The position numbers were made by a program, and so were the translations under genes. A stretch of 64,000 nt of DNA, from NCBI GenBank assembly GCA_041665845.1, contig JBAYIC010000007.1, forward strand, positions 3,046 through 67,045, given 5' to 3'. The notes beneath the pieces were generated by a model. It was not told the DNA's origin. It made no database searches and saw nothing but the letters and a program-made list of their open reading frames with translations. Every line of letters starts with the position of its first letter. Position 1 is the stretch's first letter. Source of the DNA: Patescibacteria group bacterium. GTDB taxonomy: Bacteria; Patescibacteriota; Patescibacteriia; Patescibacteriales; UBA12465. This document shows positions 36,919 through 44,181 of this stretch, piece by piece.

Positions 36919-37433
36919 GCGGGTATAATAAAAAGAATGTTACGGTGGCGGACATTCTTAAACGAAAGGAGCTTGAAAAAAATAAACAAGCTCAAAAAAA
37001 TAAACGCCAAGAAAACGACAATAAACGAAAACTGACTGCTATTGAAAAAAGACAACAGGAACAGAAGATGCAAATGATTGAAGAGATACGTAATGTTTAT
37101 ATTCCTTCTATTGCCTGCCAAAAAACTGGTATATCTAGAGCGACTCTATATCGTTGGATGGCTGATGATTATAATTTTAATAAAGAGTTTACAAAGAGTC
37201 GAGTGGAAGGACGAGGTGCTATAAATGATTTAGCTGAATCAAAAATTGTTAGTAAAATTAAAAACGATGACACCAAAGCAACAATTTTTTGGTTAACCCA
37301 TATGCATCCAAACTTCATTAATCCTATTCTTTCAATATCAGAGGAGACAAAAGAAAAAATGAAACTATCCCCCGAATATTTGACTGGTCTCGCCAAAAGA
37401 TTAGCTCAATGGAAAAGAGAAAACTTACACTAA
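36915..37433 (+). CDS. HTH protein, phage terminase-small-subunit/phBC6A51-like
   Basis: GISRATLYRWM HTH followed by ATIFWLTHMHPNF. ATGA overlap with the methylase gene. Confidence 0.45.
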   Translation: MSGYNKKNVTVADILKRKELEKNKQAQKNKRQENDNKRKLTAIEKRQQEQKMQMIEEIRNVYIPSIACQKTGISRATLYRWMADDYNFNKEFTKSRVEGRGAINDLAESKIVSKIKNDDTKATIFWLTHMHPNFINPILSISEETKEKMKLSPEYLTGLAKRLAQWKRENLH

Positions 37434-37434
37434 T

Positions 37435-37470
37435 AAAAAATACCGCAGTTTAGCCACTGCGGTATTTTTT
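37435..37470. terminator. Bidirectional intrinsic terminator
   Basis: 9-bp stem taccgcagt/actgcggta flanked by A6 and T6 runs, between convergent genes. Confidence 0.75.
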
Positions 37471-37861
37471 ATTCTTTAAATTTTTTAACTAAGAAATTAA
37501 AATTAGGATCACTCACAGAAATCGGCTCATTATTCTCATCAAATTGCACTGTAAGCGATAACACCTTTTTACTGCTCAAGGTTACTATAAGATATATTAC
37601 CCCTGGAAGTATCCAGAGAAGTAATAAAACAATAAAGGCTATTGGATTAAATCCGCTTAATTGTTTATTGAGGACAATATAATTATTTTCGTAATTTTCA
37701 GAAACAACTGAATAGGCGGGGTACTTCTGTTTTAAAAATTCAATAAACTTTTTAAACCTGCCATCTTTAATGATGTTTGCCTTATCAAGACTTTCGCCAC
37801 AATGGCGACACTTCTTAGCTTCGTCTTGTATTTCTTCGGCGCAAAACGGACACTTTTTCAT
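37469..37861 (-). CDS. Zinc-ribbon membrane protein (130 aa)
   Basis: MKKCPFCAEE...CRHCG followed by one TM helix. I chose the start at ATG 37861. The 5' extension in the track ORF (to 38074) runs through a palindromic non-coding structure. Confidence 0.6.
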   Translation of the reverse strand: MKKCPFCAEEIQDEAKKCRHCGESLDKANIIKDGRFKKFIEFLKQKYPAYSVVSENYENNYIVLNKQLSGFNPIAFIVLLLLWILPGVIYLIVTLSSKKVLSLTVQFDENNEPISVSDPNFNFLVKKFKE

Positions 37862-37888
37862 AAATTTATAAGTTATATTTATAAATAT

Positions 37889-38057
37889 GGATGTCCGAAT
37901 AAAACAAAAACGGACACCCGACCTAGTTGCAAAACTACATTTTGGGTTTCCGCAAGGATTCCTACTCATGCTGGTCGGGATGTCCGTTCCTGTGCATGAA
38001 TAGGAAAAATAGGCCAAAAATGACCAAAATCCTTGCGTATCTAAATGTAGTTTTGCA
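37889..38057 (-). promoter_or_regulatory. Nested imperfect palindrome, a candidate structured RNA or DNA site
   Basis: Paired arms 37928-42/38043-57 (15 bp), 37951-60/38028-37 (10 bp), 37961-71/37994-38004 (11 bp), plus 37911-23 complementary to both 37973-86 and 37889-97. Confidence 0.45.
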
Positions 38058-38121
38058 CTTAAAATATAACTCAAAATAGCCTAAAAGTAAAGCAAAGTTA
38101 CCAACAATTTGCCTACAGCTA

Positions 38122-39537
38122 ATGCCTAGACTTCCTATATTTATTGCGGCATTACTTGGTCATAACAACTATAACCATATGAACCAAGTAACTACAATTT
38201 TAAGCCCTAATGCAACCATACAGGGCCAAAACGGGGCTAATTTAGGGGTCTTGTCGCAAGAAACTCTCAAATATTGCCTCTATGCCCGTAAGTCGACAGA
38301 ATCGGAAGAAAGACAGGTATTATCAATCGATAGTCAAATTAAAGAAATGCTCGATTTGGCTACTAGAGAAAATCTCAATATTACGGAAATAAGGCGAGAA
38401 TCCCATAGCGCTAAAGAAGTTGGACAAAGACAAATATTTAACGAACTAGTAGCCGATATTAAACTCGGCAAATTTAATGCTATATTAACCTGGGCGCCAG
38501 ATCGTATATCAAGAAATGCTGGCGACCTTGGAGCAATAGTAGATTTAATTGATCAGGGCATACTTAAAGAAATAAGAACCTTTAGCCAGAGATTTACTAA
38601 TAATCCCAATGAGAAGTTCTTGTTGATGATTTTAGGATCACAAGCCAAACTAGAAAATGACAATAGGGGCGTAAATGTAAAACGAGGGTTGAGGACAAGA
38701 TGTGAGATGGGGTTATGGGTGGGACCTGCCCCGCTAGGTTATTTAAACCAAAACAGAATGGACAAAAAATGTCAGGTTATCGTTGACCCGCTTAGAGCCC
38801 CTGCCATTAAACAGATATTTGAGAAAGTAGCCTATGAAAAATATAGTGGTCGAAAATTATATCACTGGCTAGTCCATGAGCTTAACTTTTACACTCGAGG
38901 CAATAAGCCATTAACACTTAGCGGCATATACAGAATACTAGATAACACTTTTTATTACGGGGTATTTGAAAGACCAAAAGGAAGTGGTAATTGGTATCAG
39001 GGTAAGCATAAACCACTAATCACTCAGGACTTATTTGAAAAAGCGAAAGCCCAGCTTAAAAGAGATAATATTCAAAGAGAAAACAAGGAATTTGCTTTTA
39101 CTAAAATGTTTACCTGTGGATTTTGCGGATCTGGAATATCTGCAGAAAGTAAATATAAGCAATTGAAAGATGGCACTACCGCACACTATATTTATTATGG
39201 ATGTTCTAGGGGGAAAGATAGATTTTGTAAAAATAAATACATAAGAGAAGAGGAGCTTATTGAAGAATTACTGAAAATCATAGATAAATTAGATATGAAT
39301 GAATTGGGAATACTAACGAGAATGGAAATGGAGGTTGAACGACTTAATAAGTTTCAAAATATGGTATTTGGCGAAAAGCGGCTCATCAAAAAACAAAAAC
39401 CCGCAGTTGATATGCGAGTTTATGCTAAGTATGTACTTAAAGAAGGAAGTTCTATCGAGAAACGAGAACTACTGGCGAATTTAAGAAGTAAAATTAATCT
39501 TGAGAATAAGAAATTAATATTGCTAAATAAGTTATAG
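38122..39537 (+). CDS. Large serine recombinase
   Basis: Resolvase catalytic domain (YARKSTESEERQVLSIDSQ), recombinase domain, zinc ribbon (CGFCGS...YYGCSRG..FC) and a coiled-coil tail. The start could be ATG 38179. Confidence 0.9.
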   Translation: MPRLPIFIAALLGHNNYNHMNQVTTILSPNATIQGQNGANLGVLSQETLKYCLYARKSTESEERQVLSIDSQIKEMLDLATRENLNITEIRRESHSAKEVGQRQIFNELVADIKLGKFNAILTWAPDRISRNAGDLGAIVDLIDQGILKEIRTFSQRFTNNPNEKFLLMILGSQAKLENDNRGVNVKRGLRTRCEMGLWVGPAPLGYLNQNRMDKKCQVIVDPLRAPAIKQIFEKVAYEKYSGRKLYHWLVHELNFYTRGNKPLTLSGIYRILDNTFYYGVFERPKGSGNWYQGKHKPLITQDLFEKAKAQLKRDNIQRENKEFAFTKMFTCGFCGSGISAESKYKQLKDGTTAHYIYYGCSRGKDRFCKNKYIREEELIEELLKIIDKLDMNELGILTRMEMEVERLNKFQNMVFGEKRLIKKQKPAVDMRVYAKYVLKEGSSIEKRELLANLRSKINLENKKLILLNKL

Positions 39538-42500
39538 ATACTTATTCAAAATCATATCTTTTTTCTGTTTCGTTTCATTCAACTTTTGGTTTAATCCCAC
39601 AATTTCATCTTCAATTTTTACAATTTGATCAATAGCTTTTTTCTGGTCAACAAGAGAGGGTAAATTGCAAGTTTGATTATAAACGTCATTTCTATTTAAA
39701 CCAGGCACTCCAGCTCCTAAAATTAGATCCTCTAACTCTAGGCTAGCTAGGACATAGTAAAGAAATTTGTAATCAACATCTTCACTGTTTTTTTTAACAT
39801 AAAATGTAGTATCTATAGGATAATTATCCTCATCAATCCAATTAACTTTACCGGCTGATCCTTTACGACCAACGATTATAGTCGGACCCGTAACAATAAA
39901 ACTATTATGACGTCCAACAACACCATTGGAGCCCATCACTGGGTATTTCCCATTTATTCTCTCTCTTTCTGGTAAGGCGGAGCCATACTCAAGCGTCAAT
40001 ATATCTCCAATTCTAACATTTTTAAACTTATTAGAGGAAAATAAGTGTTTTTTTATCTTTTCTTTTAAAGCTTTTATTTTACCAACAATTTGTTCATCGC
40101 TCTTATTAATTTTTTCTATTTCTTCTAATATCTTATTCTGAGTGCTATTAGAAATCATCGGTATTTTAATCTTAGATAAATCGTCAGAGTAAACATGCGG
40201 CTGAGCCTGCCCCCTCTGCAATGTATAAATTTCATTCTGAGTGTTCTTTAAAAACTCATATAATAATTTTGTCTTTATACTGTTTTCGTCTTTTGACTTA
40301 ATTGTATTACAATCGGAAGCAAATATTGGTTTTCTAAAATAATTAACGAAACCAGCATAGGCGCCAGAGGCGCTTACGGTAATAATATTACCATCTCTAT
40401 TTGCTTTATTGTGAAAATAAGCAGGGGTTTGTCCTCCAGCAATAACAGGGATATCGCCTGCAGTAACCCCCTCCTGCGTAATTGATGTGCCCTTTTTTAT
40501 ATCAGCAATATCAGATAGTAAGTAAAATTTATCTGTTTTCCAAAGACTCTCAAATTTTATTTTTTTTTTAAAACTTAAAGAAATTGTTTTTTCAAAATCA
40601 ATCCTATCAAAACTCATCATATCAACCAAGTTTGCCCTAAAAACATGATTTTTTACTGTATCATCAATACTAGAACTATCATCACCTAAAAAGGCCTGAT
40701 AAATATAACTACTTGCCTTTTGTCGATTCTTCTGATCGGATGGATCAAACATTTTTGTGCACTCATCAATAGATTTATTTCTTTGAATTGGATGAATTCC
40801 TTCATAGCCACGTCTAAAACTAAACTCATACCCCAGGAATAATTTCTCTTCTTTTTTATCTCCCGATTTTACAATTACCACTTTTTGACTACAGCTTAAA
40901 ATAAAATAAAGTATTTTTTCCTTTTCTTTACGTATAATAATATCCTGTATTTCTTTTTCATTCTTAATCTTTATTTTTTCAAGATATTCTTTATATAAAA
41001 CATGTTTTTTAATTCTATCATTTGGTTTTCCCTGGCAAAAAGTTATATAGTCAGAAAAATCAAGTTTCTCCCAAACAAATTTTACGTATCTTGAAAATAC
41101 ATTTTCTATTCCGTTTACTGTTACATCATTAAAATTGTGAAAAAATTTATTTACTGATTCTTGAAAATTTTCCCATTCATAATTTGTTCGACGACGTAAA
41201 AATAACACCACCGTATTTGTTCCTGTCGCCATAAATGTACCTGAACCCAGTTCAGTAATACTAATAATCTCAAAATATTTAAACAAAATTTCTCTTGCCT
41301 TAGTATAAATACCAGCGTTACTTAGTATGCTTGATGGTAAAATGATGCCCGCCATCCCGCCGTCCTTTAGCAACTGCTTAGTCCTTTCTATAAATAGGCA
41401 CTCTATTTCCGAACTCTGGTCGGTCAATTTTGAAAATAAATCAAAAGATTCTCTCGCGCATTCTTCATTTAACGTCCCTTTAAAGGCCGAGACTGAATAT
41501 GGGGGATTTGAAATTACTAAATCAAACTGTTTATTGTCTTGATGAAAATTACTATCAGTTTCCTTTAATTTCCCACGATATTTATTCGGTTTATCAAACG
41601 TATTCAACCCATCTTCATGAATAACTTTAGCTAATCCATCACCATGCAAATAACAACCCACTTTGGCAGTTTTCACAAGACGATAGTCTTTCTCTATGCC
41701 ATAGAGATAGTCAAACGCCCAATTAAACTGGTCACTCTTCCAAGATTTAATTTTTTTGGCTGATTGCGGATTTAAAATATTTTCGTCAATAACATTAATA
41801 TTCTTTTGAATTTCATCCATTGATTCCGTTAAAAAATGACCACTGCCCGCGGCGTAATCAATTGTAAAAGGCAACAAATCAGTTGGATTGCCCAACTTTA
41901 ACTTTTCATCAATTATTTCTTTTATTGGCAAACTTCTTACAATAAATCTAGCTACTGGCACTGGAGTAAAAAATTGTCCGGACTCTTGTTTGAGCCCAGT
42001 AGTTAAGAGCAGTTCAAAAAAATCACCAAGATATTGATGTTTTTGATTATAACGAATTTTAAAGCCTTGTAACAACTCGACTACTTCTTTTACAACCTTC
42101 GCGTTATCTTCGAATGACGCATCATCAAAAACTTCTTTAAAAGCGAATTCATTATTCTTTTTAAGCCTAATTTCTGTCAATATTTTTAGAAAATCTGCTT
42201 TATACTTTGAATCAACTGCTCCAAATTTTTGTTCAAATTCTTGGTCGCTGACATCAGTAACCTCTTTTTCCAATAATTCGTGCATTCCTTTCTTGTACAG
42301 ATCCGTTAATCTTTTCTGAAATGAAATATTATCATCTTCTCCGTCTAACCATTGAAAATGCAACTGTTCATTATCAGATCTATTTTCATCAACAATTTTA
42401 CAAAGAAAAAGAGTAAAAATTTTATTAAAGGCATTAGGCTTGTCGGAAACGACATTCTGTCTTAAAATTTCTAGAAACCTATTAAAAATAAAACTACTAT

Positions 42501-43176
42501 CTTCTTGTTTAATTATTTTTAAATCCTTAGTTGTCAGAGCCTTGCTTTGATATTCGTAAGCATTAACCCAATCATCAAAAATTCCATTTAATTTTGTTAA
42601 TTTACTCCATCTCTCAAACAAATCTTTTACATTACCGGCCTCTCTGTAGTGGTCTTCAATTTTTACAATTTCATTCTTGTATTCTATTTTTTTATCAATA
42701 AAATCAGACGTGTATATTATTAAATATTCTGCATTTCTATCTTGTTGAAAATATGTAAAAATTTGTCCACCGTCTTTTTTCAGTTTTTTGCTTTCTTTTT
42801 CAAACTCAATTCCCCAAGTTTTACATTCAATCATTAGATATGCCTGTCCATTCTTTTCAATTAAAATATCGAGTCGCCCACTAGTACCATGCCCTGTAGG
42901 AAATATTTTTTCTAATATAATATCTTCTGGCTTATATCCCTTTTCCAATAATCTATTAACACACTCCAAAACAACCCAATTTTCTTCTTGAAAAAAATTT
43001 TGAGTAGTGCCACTGTCTGATCTTATTTTAGAGCCAAAATTAATTTTTTGTTCTTCAAAATCAACCTCAATAATATAATCATTGAATTTAGCAAATTTTT
43101 TCTGGAGAACACCCAATGCTCCTTCTTTAGATAAAAAGCCTAATTTTAGCAAAAATTCTTTCTTATTCATAGCCAT
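39532..43176 (-). CDS. Single-chain restriction-modification-specificity enzyme (Type IIB/IIG, AloI/CjeI-like)
   Basis: N-terminal PD-ExK (RLDILIE...MIECK). Gamma-class N6A methylase motifs (QFFTP, DYAAGSGHF, SNPPYS). Two C-terminal HsdS-like TRDs. Confidence 0.8.
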   Translation of the reverse strand: MAMNKKEFLLKLGFLSKEGALGVLQKKFAKFNDYIIEVDFEEQKINFGSKIRSDSGTTQNFFQEENWVVLECVNRLLEKGYKPEDIILEKIFPTGHGTSGRLDILIEKNGQAYLMIECKTWGIEFEKESKKLKKDGGQIFTYFQQDRNAEYLIIYTSDFIDKKIEYKNEIVKIEDHYREAGNVKDLFERWSKLTKLNGIFDDWVNAYEYQSKALTTKDLKIIKQEDSSFIFNRFLEILRQNVVSDKPNAFNKIFTLFLCKIVDENRSDNEQLHFQWLDGEDDNISFQKRLTDLYKKGMHELLEKEVTDVSDQEFEQKFGAVDSKYKADFLKILTEIRLKKNNEFAFKEVFDDASFEDNAKVVKEVVELLQGFKIRYNQKHQYLGDFFELLLTTGLKQESGQFFTPVPVARFIVRSLPIKEIIDEKLKLGNPTDLLPFTIDYAAGSGHFLTESMDEIQKNINVIDENILNPQSAKKIKSWKSDQFNWAFDYLYGIEKDYRLVKTAKVGCYLHGDGLAKVIHEDGLNTFDKPNKYRGKLKETDSNFHQDNKQFDLVISNPPYSVSAFKGTLNEECARESFDLFSKLTDQSSEIECLFIERTKQLLKDGGMAGIILPSSILSNAGIYTKAREILFKYFEIISITELGSGTFMATGTNTVVLFLRRRTNYEWENFQESVNKFFHNFNDVTVNGIENVFSRYVKFVWEKLDFSDYITFCQGKPNDRIKKHVLYKEYLEKIKIKNEKEIQDIIIRKEKEKILYFILSCSQKVVIVKSGDKKEEKLFLGYEFSFRRGYEGIHPIQRNKSIDECTKMFDPSDQKNRQKASSYIYQAFLGDDSSSIDDTVKNHVFRANLVDMMSFDRIDFEKTISLSFKKKIKFESLWKTDKFYLLSDIADIKKGTSITQEGVTAGDIPVIAGGQTPAYFHNKANRDGNIITVSASGAYAGFVNYFRKPIFASDCNTIKSKDENSIKTKLLYEFLKNTQNEIYTLQRGQAQPHVYSDDLSKIKIPMISNSTQNKILEEIEKINKSDEQIVGKIKALKEKIKKHLFSSNKFKNVRIGDILTLEYGSALPERERINGKYPVMGSNGVVGRHNSFIVTGPTIIVGRKGSAGKVNWIDEDNYPIDTTFYVKKNSEDVDYKFLYYVLASLELEDLILGAGVPGLNRNDVYNQTCNLPSLVDQKKAIDQIVKIEDEIVGLNQKLNETKQKKDMILNKYL

Positions 43177-43239
43177 AAAAGTATATAAATATTATAACAT
43201 ATTTAATAATTTTGGTATAACCTTTTTTATTTAGCTTAC

Positions 43240-43264
43240 CAAAAAGCCCCGTAAATACGGGGCT
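43240..43264 (-). terminator. Intrinsic terminator after tRNA-Ser(GCU)
   Basis: Stem agccccg/cggggct followed on the minus strand by TTTTT. Confidence 0.7.
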
Positions 43265-43293
43265 TCATGGGTCTGTCCGATACTAAATTGTCT

Positions 43294-43385
43294 TGGCGGA
43301 GAGGCGGGGATTCGAACCCCGGATAGAGGTAAACCCCTATAACAGGTTAGCAACCTGCCGCTTTCGACCGCTCAGCCACCTCTCC
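43294..43385 (-). tRNA. tRNA-Ser(GCU)
   Basis: Hand fold: acceptor GGAGAGG, anticodon arm CAGGT-TGCTAAC-ACCTG, long variable arm, T-arm CCGGGGTTCGAATCCCCG. CCA is encoded. Confidence 0.9.
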
Positions 43386-43388
43386 AAT

Positions 43389-43485
43389 TTTGATTATTTT
43401 ACATTCTACCGCTTTCACGAGCTAAAGCTCGTTCGCCTACGGCGAGACCCGCGCTTGACCGTCTGCGACGGTCACAGCACCTCTC
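43389..43485 (-). other. GC-rich three-hairpin element ending in a duplicated tRNA-Ser 5' fragment
   Basis: Minus strand reads GGAGAGGTGCT, then hairpins GACCGTC/GACGGTC, TCGCC/GGCGA and ACGAGC/GCTCGT. The 12-nt block cacctctccaat is repeated at 43377-88 and 43476-87. Confidence 0.4.
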
Positions 43486-43535
43486 CAATCTTTTTTATTT
43501 TTATGGTATAATCACTATATAAAATATCAAAACCC

Positions 43536-44069
43536 TTGTCAAACAAAAATATGGCGGAAAACAACTTAAAATCTTTAAACTGGCAGGTGCCAGAATATCA
43601 TTCTCCAGAAAGGCCTCGTGCTTGGTACATTGCCGCTTTTGTATTTATTGGTATCTCTCTATTTTTTTGCTTTTTTTCCATTACCGCTTGGCGTTTAGAA
43701 TTTCTTGGTTATAATTCAAATTTCCTTTTTGCGCTTATTATGATAATGGCGGCGATAATTACGCTCTTTAATGAAAGCCGTCCGCCAATAATAGTTGATG
43801 TTGAGCTCGGACCGGAAGGAATAACAATTGGTTCTAAGTTTTATGATTACGATGAAATAAAACATTTCTCTGTTATTTATAAACCGAAGCAAAGTGTAAA
43901 GAGTATGTACCTAGAATTTAAAAATTCTATTCGCCCTCGCTTAGCAATTCCGTTGCGCCGTATGGACGCACTTACCGTCCGTAATTATTTAGTTAGATAT
44001 TTAGATGAAGATTTAGAAAGAACCGACCAGCCGCTATCCGAACAGTTGACTAAACTGCTAAAACTGTAA
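43536..44069 (+). CDS. Membrane protein (two TM helices plus a soluble domain)
   Basis: ORF track. An extended -10 (tgGTATAAT) lies upstream. Confidence 0.55.
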   Translation: MSNKNMAENNLKSLNWQVPEYHSPERPRAWYIAAFVFIGISLFFCFFSITAWRLEFLGYNSNFLFALIMIMAAIITLFNESRPPIIVDVELGPEGITIGSKFYDYDEIKHFSVIYKPKQSVKSMYLEFKNSIRPRLAIPLRRMDALTVRNYLVRYLDEDLERTDQPLSEQLTKLLKL

Positions 44070-44089
44070 TAAGATAGGAACAGTTTTTA

Positions 44090-44164
44090 GCATCCATCGT
44101 TCAACGGATAGGACGTAAGCTTGCGGAGCTTGAGATCCAGGTTCGATTCCTGGTGGATGCACCA
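44090..44164 (+). tRNA. tRNA-Arg(GCG)
   Basis: 75-nt hand-folded cloverleaf: acceptor GCATCCA/TGGATGC, anticodon loop TTGCGGA, T-arm CCAGGTTCGATTCCTGG. CCA is encoded. Confidence 0.8.
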
Positions 44165-44181
44165 ATCAAGAATTAATTATA

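Larger units (their letters stand above)
26821..43385. mobile_element. Accessory/defence island abutting tRNA-Ser(GCU). The left edge is uncertain (26.8 or ~28.1 kb).
   Basis: The content is entirely defence and mobility genes (ATPase+HNH, DUF6119-like operon, two orphan methylases, serine recombinase, R-M-S). A tRNA gene lies at the right end and a tRNA-Ser-like 3' relic at the left. Confidence 0.55.

Noticed and set aside
37928-38057. The 15-bp inverted repeats as an invertible promoter switch (inverton) for the adjacent recombinase.
   Set aside because: The 100-bp segment between the repeats is itself palindromic (nested arms), so inversion would barely change the sequence. An RNA hairpin or a DNA cruciform site fits better.
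37862-38074. The 5' 71 codons of the track ORF 37469..38074.
   Set aside because: This part overlaps the nested palindrome, is Cys/Ser/Phe-rich nonsense-like sequence, and is followed by an internal ATG (37861) that starts a clean zinc-ribbon protein. I therefore call the gene 37469..37861.
43389-43485. The GC-rich element upstream of tRNA-Ser(GCU) as an additional tRNA, tRNA-Sec or intron-containing tRNA.
   Set aside because: Only the first 11 nt match a tRNA-Ser 5' end. There is no matching 3' acceptor strand, anticodon arm or T-arm. Three independent tight hairpins dominate the fold.
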